Assembly: GCA_963665615.2 (NCBI GenBank)
Contig: CAXXQE010000006.1
Location: forward strand, 585,165 to 649,164
Length of the DNA stretch: 64,000 nt
Direction of reading: 5' to 3'
Source of the DNA: Syntrophales bacterium
GTDB lineage: Bacteria; Desulfobacterota; Syntrophia; Syntrophales; UBA4778
Shown here: one piece after another, positions 1-9,030 of the stretch
Numbering within the stretch: the stretch's first letter is position 1
Layout: every line of letters begins with the position of its first letter
Made by a program: the position numbers and the translations under genes
Notes under the pieces: model-generated
Told to the model about the DNA's origin: nothing
What the model saw: only the letters and a program-made list of their open reading frames with translations
Database searches by the model: none

Positions 1-758
1 CACTTCTCGACGCAGGCCAGACAGGCGTTGCACTTGTTGTGATCCACATAGCGGGCCTTCTGCCTGACCGTAATCTCGAAATTACCGACGTACCCCTTGA
101 CCTCAGCCACTTCGGCGTAGGTCAGCATGACGATCCGCGGATTCTGCAAAACGGCGTCCATCTTGGGCGTCAGGATACAGGCTGAACAATCGAGGGTCGG
201 GAAGGTCTTGTCGAACTGGGCCATGTGACCACCAATGGTCTGACTCTTCTCGACGAGATAAACCGTTTTACCCGTTTCCGCGAGTTCCAGGGCCGCCTGG
301 ATACCGGCGATCCCGCCACCAACCACCATGACATTCGGATTCACATCGATAAAGCGGGAGGTCAGGGGTGCCAGAAGCCGGGCGCGGTAAACCGCGCCAT
401 TGATGAGGGCCTTGGCCTTCTCGGTGGCAACGTCCTGATCGTCCGTGACCCAGGAGGTCTGTTCCCGGATATTGACGATGGTGACCAGATACTGGTTGAG
501 CCCCGCGCTTTCGGCGACCTTGCGGAAGGTCTTTTCATGCATGAGGGGCGAACACGCGGCAATGATGATCCGATCCAGATTATATTTTTTAATATCACTC
601 TGAATCAGTTCCTGCCCCGGCGTGGAGCACATGAATTTGTATTCTTCGGCAACCACGACGTCTGGCAGTGTCCGGGCGAATTCGACCACCTCGGTCACCC
701 GCACGGTCTTGGCTATATTCAATCCGCAGTGGCAGACAAAAACGCCGATTCTGCTCAT
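1..758 (-). CDS. hdrA: Heterodisulfide reductase subunit A-like flavoprotein (HdrA family), N-terminal part; the 3' end lies beyond the left window edge
   Basis: Not in the ORF track because it is open at the window edge. Reverse-strand translation from the ATG at 756-758 reads MSRIGVFVCHCGLNIAKT...VMVVGGGIAGIQAALELAETGKTVYLVEKSQTIGGHMAQFDKTFPTLDCSACILTPKM. This shows the CHCG Fe-S motif, a GGGIAG dinucleotide fold and the DKTFPTxDCSxCIL motif typical of HdrA. AAGGAG lies 6 nt upstream (rc of 765-770). Confidence 0.8.
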   Translation of the reverse strand, partial: MSRIGVFVCHCGLNIAKTVRVTEVVEFARTLPDVVVAEEYKFMCSTPGQELIQSDIKKYNLDRIIIAACSPLMHEKTFRKVAESAGLNQYLVTIVNIREQTSWVTDDQDVATEKAKALINGAVYRARLLAPLTSRFIDVNPNVMVVGGGIAGIQAALELAETGKTVYLVEKSQTIGGHMAQFDKTFPTLDCSACILTPKMDAVLQNPRIVMLTYAEVAEVKGYVGNFEITVRQKARYVDHNKCNACLACVEK

Positions 759-779
759 AAGGAACTCCTTGTTATCCGA

Positions 780-1916
780 TTAAGCCAAACTCTCCAGAAC
801 GAGTTCGGCAACGTCTTTCACCTTGATGCTTTCGTCCGCATTCATCGTCCGGACGCTGTCTTCGAGCATCGCAATGCAATACGGGCAGGCGGTCGAGAGC
901 ACAGACGCCTCCTTGCCCATGGCCTCTTCGACGCGGGTGTCGCTCAAGCGCTCGCCCTTGGCGCGCTCCATCCAGAGGCCACCACCACCACCGCCGCAGC
1001 ACACGCTTTGCTGGCGGGTCCGATCCATTTCAACAAATTCCACCCCCGGAATGGCCTTCAAAATCTCGCGCGGCGCATCGTAGATGCCGCTGTGCCGGCC
1101 GAGGTAGCAGGGATCGTGGAAGGTCACCTTCAGCCCCCCCAGATCTTTGGCGGGCAGGAGTTTCCCCTCTTTGATCCACTGAGAGAGAAGTTCGGAGAAG
1201 TGAATGACGTTATAGCCGTCACCGTACTCCTGCACAAAGGTACTGTAACAGTGCGGCGAGATCACAACGACGTTCTTGACGCCAAGTGCTTTGAAAATGG
1301 CGCGGTTGTTTTCCTTTAGGCGCTGGTAGAGATCCTCGTCGCCGACCTTGCGGGCACTCTCACCGCAGCAGTTGACGTTCGTCCCGGGCAGGCCCCAGCT
1401 CACACCCGCACGGTTCATGAGGTCGGCCGTCGCTTTGGCCACCCGCATGTTGCGCGGATCGTAGGAAACCGTACAGCAGGTGAAGTAGAGATAATCCATG
1501 CCGGGCTCATAAAGGGGATATTTGCCCTGGGCCCAGTCGTTGCGCTTCTCGACATCCCCGGCCCAGGGGTTGCCGCGCGCTGAAAGGCTTCCCACAAACG
1601 CCTTCAGGCTGGACGGCAAAATGCCGCCGCTGGCAAACACGCTCCGGATCGCCTTGACGATATCGATAATTTCAACGCCTCGGGGACAGCGGTCCACACA
1701 GAACTTACAGGTGGAACAACCCCACATATGCTCCTCGATCCCCTCGAAACCGAACTGCCCCATGCGGATCATCTTACGGATATTGAATTCCGTCAGGGGT
1801 CTCCAGGGGCAGGTGCCCGAACAGGTACCACACTGGTAACACTTCTTTAAAGCCTCACCGCCAGCCTCGACGATGACCTGGGCCATTTCGAGATAGGGAA
1901 CAACAATATGTGACAT
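780..1916 (-). CDS. HdrD/GlpC-like Fe-S oxidoreductase (two 4Fe-4S ferredoxin motifs plus two CCG cysteine-rich domains)
   Basis: ORF 780..1958. Cluster motifs CYQCGTCSGTCP and CSTCKFCVDRCP, then CCG-type motifs (NCCGESARK; VCCGGGGGG...CPYC). Preferred start is the ATG at 1916 (MSHIVVPYLE) with GAGGAG 7 nt upstream (rc of 1924-1929); 1958 is the alternative. The 21-nt gap to hdrA suggests an operon. Confidence 0.8.
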   Translation of the reverse strand: MSHIVVPYLEMAQVIVEAGGEALKKCYQCGTCSGTCPWRPLTEFNIRKMIRMGQFGFEGIEEHMWGCSTCKFCVDRCPRGVEIIDIVKAIRSVFASGGILPSSLKAFVGSLSARGNPWAGDVEKRNDWAQGKYPLYEPGMDYLYFTCCTVSYDPRNMRVAKATADLMNRAGVSWGLPGTNVNCCGESARKVGDEDLYQRLKENNRAIFKALGVKNVVVISPHCYSTFVQEYGDGYNVIHFSELLSQWIKEGKLLPAKDLGGLKVTFHDPCYLGRHSGIYDAPREILKAIPGVEFVEMDRTRQQSVCCGGGGGGLWMERAKGERLSDTRVEEAMGKEASVLSTACPYCIAMLEDSVRTMNADESIKVKDVAELVLESLA

Positions 1917-2396
1917 TTTATCGCTCCTCAACAGATTGACCGCAATAGCATGGATCATTCTGTATGATAGGGATTAAATTATTATAATACACTTCGATCG
2001 CCTTACAGACCACCCCGCGCGGGACTGACTTCTATGGCCTCCTGCCGGTCATGCGCAATGTATCGTGCGACTGGATGCCTGCGGCGACTTGTCGCAAAAC
2101 AGAAAATATCTAGGGGGATTTTCAGATATGCGGCAAGATCGAAAACGAATGCAGCGCGCCTGTGACACCAACCACTGAAAAGGCAGCTGATTATGCTCTA
2201 TATTCTATATATAGACGATAACTATTGCACAAGAATTTAATGCGTGTCAAGGTGAATTTTTGGCAATACACCCAATATTTTTAGCCGCTTTCGCAACATG
2301 CTGTTTTCCTGCTGGACGCTGTCTGAGCACAGAACGAACCATTGATCCAACACATGAAAACACAGCAAACAGACAAAAATGTAGTGGGAAGAACGA

Positions 2397-3188
2397 CTAC
2401 ATGATGCCGCGATACCAGCCGCCGTCAATCTGGATGGCCGCCCCCGTGATGTATCCGGCGCCTTCCGAGGCAAGATAGGCGACAAGAGAGGCGAATTCCT
2501 CAGGAGTTCCAAGGCGTTGCATGGGGATTTCCGACTCCCATCCCCCGATCACCGCCTCGGGCGTCGTTCCTTCTTTGGCCGCAATGACCTTGGCAAGATT
2601 GGTCACGCGATCGGTCATGGTGTATCCGGGACAAACGCTGTTGACGGTGATGTTATAAGGCGCCAGCTCCGTGGAGAGGGTCTTTGCAAACCCGATCACG
2701 CCGGAGCGCACGGTGTTCGAAAGGATCAGGCCGTCGATCGGCTGTTTGACCGAAATGGATGTCATATTGATGATCCGACCCCATTTCTTTTCCTTCATGA
2801 CAGGAACGGCCTCGCGGGTCATGGCGATCGTGCTCATCAGATTGAGTTGAACTCCTTTGAGCCACAACTCATCCGGGATTTCGAGAAACTTGGCAGAGGG
2901 AGGCCCGCCGGCATTGTTGACAAGGATGTCGATCGTACCGAAATGGGCGATGGCGGCCTGCATAAAGGAACTGGCCTGATCGAGATCTGAAACGTCCGCC
3001 GGCATGGCGAAGACCTCTGCGCCGGTTTCCTTGCGAATCAACGCCGCGGCCTCGGGCAGGCTCGGATCGTCCAGTGCCGTGATGGCTACCTTGGCCCCTT
3101 CCATCGCCAGCTGAAGCGCCACGGCACGCCCCAATCCCATACTTGCCCCGGAAATGACTGCCACTCGGCCTTTCAGTTTCAGATCCAT
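2397..3188 (-). CDS. Short-chain dehydrogenase/reductase family protein (FabG-like fold, atypical catalytic motif)
   Basis: ORF 2397..3212, with the start moved to MDLKLKGRVAVISGASMGLG (ATG 3188; AGGAGA 6 nt upstream). Gly-rich cofactor motif ISGASMGLG, NNAG motif, and ...ITVNSVCPG. The YxxxK position reads SNTVR (see findings). Confidence 0.85.
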   Translation of the reverse strand: MDLKLKGRVAVISGASMGLGRAVALQLAMEGAKVAITALDDPSLPEAAALIRKETGAEVFAMPADVSDLDQASSFMQAAIAHFGTIDILVNNAGGPPSAKFLEIPDELWLKGVQLNLMSTIAMTREAVPVMKEKKWGRIINMTSISVKQPIDGLILSNTVRSGVIGFAKTLSTELAPYNITVNSVCPGYTMTDRVTNLAKVIAAKEGTTPEAVIGGWESEIPMQRLGTPEEFASLVAYLASEGAGYITGAAIQIDGGWYRGIM

Positions 3189-3491
3189 ACACCGTCTCCT
3201 TTTTCTTTCCAATCATCCGAATGTACGAGCATGTAACAAATCCCCCCGCGCGAGTCAACAAATTGCTCTTGCCCCACGGGACGATTGAGGCACTTTGCAA
3301 AGCGTCTCCATCGCGAGATTAAGTTCTTCGACTTTTCCAGAGGCGCAGTAAAAAGCGCCGCGAGGAGGATATGGCGAAAGATGCTTTCAATTGACTCGCA
3401 AGCGAATAATGACAAACGCGATATTGCCACCCGTCAGGAAGGGTTTTAGAAGCGGGCGAGGTTTGACGCATCACAAATAGGGTATCCGACT

Positions 3492-4361
3492 CTATGATTT
3501 ATTCTTTGAGCTGAACCCATTCGGCATATTGAATCCGCCGACTTTCGAATCAAGTCGGTCCAGCAAACTATTCACCGCATAATCCAGATCTTTTACGTCC
3601 AGCTTGATTGCATCACGCATACACAAAGAAGCGCATCGACCGCATATCTTGCAAATCGAATAATCGATATTTGCCTTTCCATCTTTTATTGTGATGGCAC
3701 CGGTCAGGCATTTATCAGCACAAGAACCGCACCCGATGCAGTTCTCTTTATTCAGGGTGACACGGACCCCTTTAAGAGCTGCCCAGGAATCCCTTTCATC
3801 AAGCGGTTTTAACTTGATCGTATTCATCATAATGCAGCAGCATTGGCAACAAAAACATACCGTGATAAATTTTTTATTTGGGGCGACACCCCAAATCTCG
3901 TTATCTCCTTCAGCCCGTCCGATAAATGGAACAAGCCCCAGGGAAACAGCTTTATGCACATGCATGATTGCCGTTTCAACAGATACACTGGTGGCGACAG
4001 TCGGGGGCTCGTCCTCCGTTGCCTGCCCGATATGCAGGCACCCGATGTTTTTGTCATAGGCCCTGCAATCCCAGGCCTCTCTGCATGTGCAAGTTTTTGT
4101 AATGACGCGATAGGAGGAATGGCGGATGACTTCCTCCAGGATAAGCACTGGAAGCGGCACGTCGGCTGTTTTGACTTCGGCATTAATCGGAATATAAGTA
4201 ATATCCGTGACAAGCTCCGGAGAAAAGACCTTTGCAGGATCCAGCAGGGAAGCATCTTCGGTGGACTGTTCCTGTGGATTTCTCCCGATCGGCGTATACC
4301 ATTGCTTCCAATATTTAGCTAATTTCCCCAGGAAATGCTGATCTCTCAGATTTTCAGGCAT
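3492..4361 (-). CDS. Uncharacterised Cys-rich Fe-S protein, paralog A (N-terminal CxCR / CxCCxCCC module plus C-terminal 2x[4Fe-4S] ferredoxin domain)
   Basis: 289-aa ORF with motifs TCTCREAWDC...IGCLHIG, TVCFCCQCCC, CIGCGSCADKC and CKICGRCASLC. Clearly paralogous to 30798..31664, 7334..8152 and 6373..7206. Sits 24 nt downstream of the CooC-like gene. Confidence 0.8.
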   Translation of the reverse strand: MPENLRDQHFLGKLAKYWKQWYTPIGRNPQEQSTEDASLLDPAKVFSPELVTDITYIPINAEVKTADVPLPVLILEEVIRHSSYRVITKTCTCREAWDCRAYDKNIGCLHIGQATEDEPPTVATSVSVETAIMHVHKAVSLGLVPFIGRAEGDNEIWGVAPNKKFITVCFCCQCCCIMMNTIKLKPLDERDSWAALKGVRVTLNKENCIGCGSCADKCLTGAITIKDGKANIDYSICKICGRCASLCMRDAIKLDVKDLDYAVNSLLDRLDSKVGGFNMPNGFSSKNKS

Positions 4362-4385
4362 TTTCTTATCCCCTAAAATATTATT

Positions 4386-5150
4386 TCAAATCGTATTGGA
4401 AATTACTTTTTCGACCATTCCCGCCACAATTTTCAGGGCCGTGTTGTCCGGCGTCAAATGCAGAAGGCTCTCACCCATCAGATTCAGTGATGCGATCTCC
4501 TGATCCTGGGGAACCAGTCCCAACACGTCAAAGCCTATCTCCTGCGCCATCGTCTCGAACATTTCCTTCTGATCCGCGCCATATCTGCAACCAACGAGGT
4601 ACTGATGGGTGTATGGAAGAGACAGCTCGGTCACCATGGATTTTATTCTCCTGGCCGTATCAAAGCTGAGTCGGGATGGATCACAGGTCACAATCAGGGT
4701 ATCGGTGGGGCTGCCTGACTTTCTGCTGAAATGCTCAAGACCGGCGTCATGATCAATAATGACAATATCGTACATCTTGATCGTCTCAATCAAAATCGAC
4801 GTCAGGACAGAGTTTATTGCACAGTAGCAGCCTTCCCCCCTGGAACGCCCCATGACCAACAGATCGAATCCCTCGCCATGGGAGATGCTGTCCCAGACAG
4901 AAAACCGGAGTTTGGGCCCCTGTTCCCGCTCATCCAGTTCGTACTTTCTCTTGTCCATCAACTGGCCTACCGTCTTCTCAACGGTTACATCGAGTGTTTT
5001 TGACAGATTGGCATCCGGGTCCGCATCAATAATAAGCAGCCTGTCCTTCCGGTTCATTCTTAACAAGACAGATAAAAACATAGAGGCGGTGGTTGTCTTT
5101 CCCGATCCGCCTTTTCCTGAAAAGGATATCACTCTGACATTTTTATTCAT
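4386..5150 (-). CDS. CooC/AcsF-type P-loop NTPase (MinD/ParA superfamily; putative metallocentre maturation ATPase), copy 1
   Basis: Deviant Walker A FSGKGGSGKTT, IIDADPDANL, and a CxC metal-binding motif GEGCYCAINSVL as in CooC. About 254 aa, typical for the family. Confidence 0.85.
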   Translation of the reverse strand: MNKNVRVISFSGKGGSGKTTTASMFLSVLLRMNRKDRLLIIDADPDANLSKTLDVTVEKTVGQLMDKRKYELDEREQGPKLRFSVWDSISHGEGFDLLVMGRSRGEGCYCAINSVLTSILIETIKMYDIVIIDHDAGLEHFSRKSGSPTDTLIVTCDPSRLSFDTARRIKSMVTELSLPYTHQYLVGCRYGADQKEMFETMAQEIGFDVLGLVPQDQEIASLNLMGESLLHLTPDNTALKIVAGMVEKVISNTI

Positions 5151-5171
5151 GTTGAACTCTTCGTCCTGACA

Positions 5172-5831
5172 CTAAATGATTTCGTCTTTTTTGCTAAAGA
5201 CATTCAGAAACAATATATTTTCGGCAATGAGCGCAAAGCGTCTCTTGTCTTCGATTTCAAATAGCTCCGGCGGGATCAATTCGGTAAAGGTCCCCAGCTC
5301 TTCAACGTATTTCATCACGCCGCCCCCTACCGACACAATGACTTCCGTAGATTCGGGTGAAATAAAATAAGGAAACACAAAGTAGCATTTATTGAAGCAG
5401 CCCTGGAGCGTGTGCAGCAGATCGAGTTTCTTTTTAATATCCTGGGTCCCGATGAATGTCAGGACACACTCTTTGGCCGGGATGACATAATTGAGATTGC
5501 GGCACGCCGCCATGCCATCAAGAAACCCGATCTCGACCCACCCGTTATCCCTCGATTCTTCCAGGACCGTCCCGATAAAATCCAGCGGATAGCCGGTCTT
5601 TTCAACCAGCTCATTCAACGTCATCCAGTCATTGCCGATCAGATACTGCATGATGCCGGCCGGCGCAAAGCCCCTCTTCAGGCGAGGCTTCAGCTCTTTC
5701 AATATCGGCTGGATTGACACGACATCCGCAACGATTTCCGTTCCCGGGATCGTATAATCAGAATGGGAATAGTATCCCAGGCCAGAATAATAAGCCGTCG
5801 CAGCCGCACGCATAAGCCGGTCAAATGCCAT
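5172..5831 (-). CDS. Hypothetical protein (no recognisable family) inside the Fe-S/CooC operon
   Basis: ORF 5172..5957 begins at a TTG. The ATG at 5831 (MAFDRLMRAA...) is preceded by GAGAGAGGA. The start is uncertain and I see no motif I can name. Coding is supported by operon position and length. Confidence 0.55.
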   Translation of the reverse strand: MAFDRLMRAAATAYYSGLGYYSHSDYTIPGTEIVADVVSIQPILKELKPRLKRGFAPAGIMQYLIGNDWMTLNELVEKTGYPLDFIGTVLEESRDNGWVEIGFLDGMAACRNLNYVIPAKECVLTFIGTQDIKKKLDLLHTLQGCFNKCYFVFPYFISPESTEVIVSVGGGVMKYVEELGTFTELIPPELFEIEDKRRFALIAENILFLNVFSKKDEII

Positions 5832-5946
5832 GAATCCTCTCTCTTTTATATAAAAGCTATGTGGAAGGAAGAGGGCCTCCATCCCCATAGCCTGTTTGAT
5901 GTCATAACGACAGAATACGCTATTGTTCGCTACCCCTGACGATCCC

Positions 5947-6327
5947 TCATCCTTCAAAATCAGGGGTGACCTTGGTCCCGTCTTTCAGGGTCGCGCACAT
6001 GACCAGATCAGGCGCCTGATGAACCACGGCGCGAGGAACAGGCCGCTGTGCCTTCACCAGCCGGATGGCCTTCTTGGGACAGACTTCCACGCACTTGCCG
6101 CAGGCATTGCACCGCACCATGTACCAGGAGAAGACCCGGTGGGGGATGTCCCACAATTCCTTCGGCGCATCCGGCCCTGTCGTCTTCGGCGTCTCCTTGG
6201 CAACATAACCGATACAGTTGCTCCCGTTTTTGATGCAGGCATCCACGCACTTCAGGCAGCCATTGGCATTCGGACAAGCCTCATAATCAAAATAAATCCG
6301 ATGTCTCGGCGTAACATAACCAGACAT
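5947..6327 (-). CDS. 4Fe-4S ferredoxin-type protein
   Basis: 126 aa. Cys motifs CPNANGCLKCVDAC and CNACGKCVEVCP. GAGGAGG lies upstream of the ATG (rc of about 6333-6340). Confidence 0.8.
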   Translation of the reverse strand: MSGYVTPRHRIYFDYEACPNANGCLKCVDACIKNGSNCIGYVAKETPKTTGPDAPKELWDIPHRVFSWYMVRCNACGKCVEVCPKKAIRLVKAQRPVPRAVVHQAPDLVMCATLKDGTKVTPDFEG

Positions 6328-6372
6328 GTTAGACCTCCTCTTAGATGATTATATGATCAATAAATCTGTTGT

Positions 6373-7206
6373 CTACCATTCATCAGCCAGCGCCGGATAA
6401 GACAGCCGGTCAACAAGGCTGAGCGCCCCATTGGGACAGGCACGCCGGCACAGACCACAGCCGAAACATCTCATGATATTGACATTGACAACATTGCCCA
6501 GCACATCATAGGTCAGGCCGCCGAAGTTGCAACGCTTCATGCACGGGGCCGTCTTGCAACCCTGGCATTTGTCTCTGTCCACCTTGGCAACGTATTCACC
6601 TTTTCGATAGGTATTGCCGCCATAATACACCCGAACCTTTGCGCCCTCGCACGTCGATTCATTACAATGGCATAACGTCAAGGGCGCCGCGCCTTTTTCA
6701 CTCACGCCAACGTGGAAGATGGAATGAACCAGGCCCATCTTATCCACTTCCTTCTCGTAGTCGATGGCCTCCTGCTTGGTCAGGATCTTGCTGTCTTTTT
6801 CCCATGGTCTCTCTTCCAGCGTCTTGTCCATGGCCGTATCAAAGAACATGCAGCCGAGAAAATCAGTGTGCCCGATATACCGGCGGCAGCCGCAGTGCTG
6901 AAGAAACATTCTCTCCCCCGGAGCGATTTCGATGATTTTAATGGCATCTTCCAGCGGAATGACTTGGCCCGCGTGCTGATGCACCGCTTCAAAATGAGGG
7001 TTTAACGAAGGCCCCATCACCTTGATATCCGTCAGCATATCATCCAGCTGATCGCAACCGCCCCACTCATAGATATTTCGGTTGACCCCCATGAGGCCTT
7101 CAAAGCCTTCTTTGTGGCCCGGCTCAGCTAAAAGTTCCTTTCTGTAGTTATCCGGATTGAGGTACCATTTGGTACCGTTTCCGTATTCTACACAGTATCG
7201 ACACAT
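6373..7206 (-). CDS. Uncharacterised Cys-rich Fe-S protein, paralog D (divergent member of the same family)
   Basis: ORF 6373..7296. Preferred start is MCRYCVEYGNGTKWYLN (ATG 7206, AAGGAGG upstream). Motifs HCGCRRYIGHTDFLGCMFFD and LTLCHCNESTCEG, then CQGCKTAPCMKRC and CFGCGLCRRACP. Confidence 0.8.
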   Translation of the reverse strand: MCRYCVEYGNGTKWYLNPDNYRKELLAEPGHKEGFEGLMGVNRNIYEWGGCDQLDDMLTDIKVMGPSLNPHFEAVHQHAGQVIPLEDAIKIIEIAPGERMFLQHCGCRRYIGHTDFLGCMFFDTAMDKTLEERPWEKDSKILTKQEAIDYEKEVDKMGLVHSIFHVGVSEKGAAPLTLCHCNESTCEGAKVRVYYGGNTYRKGEYVAKVDRDKCQGCKTAPCMKRCNFGGLTYDVLGNVVNVNIMRCFGCGLCRRACPNGALSLVDRLSYPALADEW

Positions 7207-7333
7207 AACGACCTCCTTCATAAGGAACAGAGAGGCACATACGTTTCCGCAGCGCCTCTCTGTTATAATGAAACAAACTTTATGATTCCCGACCAAGATT
7301 GGAAGAAAATCTCATATCACGCTAGACTCTTCC

Positions 7334-8152
7334 TCAACTGTTTTTCACCGGCAGTTCCGAAACCCCTTTGATCCATTTAACAAGCTGCTGATACAAAACT
7401 TCTTCATCAACAATGTTCATCGTAACGGCTTTATTCGGGCAGACCTCTACACATTTTCCGCAACCGGAGCACGAGGGCCCATGCTTGGCCTTTCCGTCCA
7501 CGACGGAAATGTTTCCAAGGAAGCACGCCTCCACGCATGTACCACAACCGACGCATTTCTCCTCATCCATGACGATCGATAAACCGGGAAGTTTCTGATA
7601 AACCCCTTCCAGGGCTGGCCCCCGTACTTTCAGATCCGCTCGATATCCGCATTCATTATCGCAAAGGCAGATGAACATGAGATCTTTGAATCGTGTGCCG
7701 AACATAAGCGGATCAATCCAGGCGTGAGCGAAGCAAGCAACCAGTCCTGCCTCCGCTGCACGATCCAAATGCTTCAATGCCTCCTCAGTCGTGACAAACC
7801 GCCCATGAGACGGATGGAGACGCTTGGCAGCCGGACCCAAGCAAAAGCATCCGATATCCTGATACTTATCATTCCTGCCTTCTCTGCATAAGCATTTATC
7901 AAAAACGAATTTATCATCCAGTTCAGTTAAAAGCCTTTTAATGATCCTTCGGGGCATGGCTGACTTGCCTTGGGATTCAACCTCAATATTGAGGGGGATA
8001 TTACTGAGTTCCGTGTATGGCCTCATAAATATAGGATAAAATAACCATTTCCATACCGGGTGCTTATTGTATTTTTTTACGAATGGAATGACCCATGAAA
8101 AGAACATTAAAAACTTAACTAATGTCGGTTTCGACCAGCCATATTGTCCCAT
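7334..8152 (-). CDS. Uncharacterised Cys-rich Fe-S protein, paralog C (with a hydrophobic N-terminal segment)
   Basis: ORF 7334..8170. The ATG at 8152 (MGQYGWSK) has GGAGGA 6 nt upstream. Motifs KCLCREGRND...IGCFCLG, FICLCDNECG, CVGCGTCVEAC and CSGCGKCVEVCP. The N-terminal LVKFLMFFSWVIPFV could be a membrane anchor. Confidence 0.8.
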   Translation of the reverse strand: MGQYGWSKPTLVKFLMFFSWVIPFVKKYNKHPVWKWLFYPIFMRPYTELSNIPLNIEVESQGKSAMPRRIIKRLLTELDDKFVFDKCLCREGRNDKYQDIGCFCLGPAAKRLHPSHGRFVTTEEALKHLDRAAEAGLVACFAHAWIDPLMFGTRFKDLMFICLCDNECGYRADLKVRGPALEGVYQKLPGLSIVMDEEKCVGCGTCVEACFLGNISVVDGKAKHGPSCSGCGKCVEVCPNKAVTMNIVDEEVLYQQLVKWIKGVSELPVKNS

Positions 8153-8263
8153 AACTTTCCTCCATGACATCTCTTTATAATGGATATAGAAATGTTAATT
8201 TATTATATCCCTTGTTTTCAACATCAGCAATGTACAAAAGAAGCTATAAAATCCTGCGGTCCG

Positions 8264-8280
8264 TCGCATTGCGTGTTCCG
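8264..8280 (-). promoter_or_regulatory. Weak sigma-54-like -24/-12 candidate upstream of the Fe-S/CooC operon
   Basis: The reverse strand reads CGGAACacgcaATGCG. GG and GC have the correct 12-nt register, but T1 and C4 of TGGCAC are missing. It lies about 95-110 nt upstream of the operon start. The palindrome GTTGA-ctt-TCAAC (8372-8384) lies about 95 nt further upstream. Confidence 0.25.
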
Positions 8281-8448
8281 TCATGATGTTGTAACCATCG
8301 CCCCGACGGGTGTCGCTTGATTTCGGCACCAATTGGAATGACAGCCTGAATCATATTAGCACTACAACGGTGTTGACTTTCAACGCCCACCCATTATGGG
8401 CTGGCTGGCCTGGCCAGCTTTCATCATTTGTTTTGTTATATATTTTAT

Positions 8449-8892
8449 TTACGTCGTTAATACTTTCCCCAGAGAAAAGCGGTTCCTTTTGATGCGCCAA
8501 CCCTTCTCAGTCTTGACGTAATCGATATTTTCATTTCCATAGGTCAAAACAACCTTATCGTTTACGACGTGCCCGACCAACATCAGCCATTCCACATAGG
8601 CGGTATTGCCACTCACATTGATCACCGGCGTCATAAACGCATGCATATAGAAATCTCCCATCTTGCATGCTTCATCGAGTATGCCTGCAATCTGGTCATG
8701 CCCCCTGGCTATCATGCCGGCAGCTTCGAATTCCCAGGTGCCATCTTCTACGTAAAATTCAGCAGCCTTTCGAGAATGCATTACTCTCCCGGCATATCCC
8801 CTATCTAGATAACTGGCGTAAATACTCTGTAGCTTTATGATTTCATTGATATCTTCTAATTTTTGTACTCGCGCCTCAAGTGTTTCAGTCAT
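8449..8892 (-). CDS. SnoaL-like / NTF2-fold family protein
   Basis: 147 aa. The N-terminal helix ...LEDINEIIKLQSIYASYLD and the overall cone-fold-like pattern are typical of SnoaL_4/NTF2-like proteins. This is a fold-level call only. Confidence 0.65.
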   Translation of the reverse strand: MTETLEARVQKLEDINEIIKLQSIYASYLDRGYAGRVMHSRKAAEFYVEDGTWEFEAAGMIARGHDQIAGILDEACKMGDFYMHAFMTPVINVSGNTAYVEWLMLVGHVVNDKVVLTYGNENIDYVKTEKGWRIKRNRFSLGKVLTT

Positions 8893-9030
8893 ATTCTTTA
8901 TCCTCGCTTTAATTGATGAACTAGAATTGATCTTATATTCTGGTCCGCATTAAAATATGCGTTTTCAGCTCACACGACAGCCAAACATAGTCTAGTTAGA
9001 TATTTTTATATTCGTAAAATCTTCACTTCT

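Noticed and set aside
225-1319. 364-aa plus-strand ORF, the longest ORF in the first 2 kb
   Set aside because: It runs antisense across two reverse-strand genes with unmistakable family motifs (HdrA and an HdrD-like CCG protein). Its own sequence is Gly/Arg/His-rich with no recognisable motif. It is the typical shadow ORF of GC-rich coding DNA.
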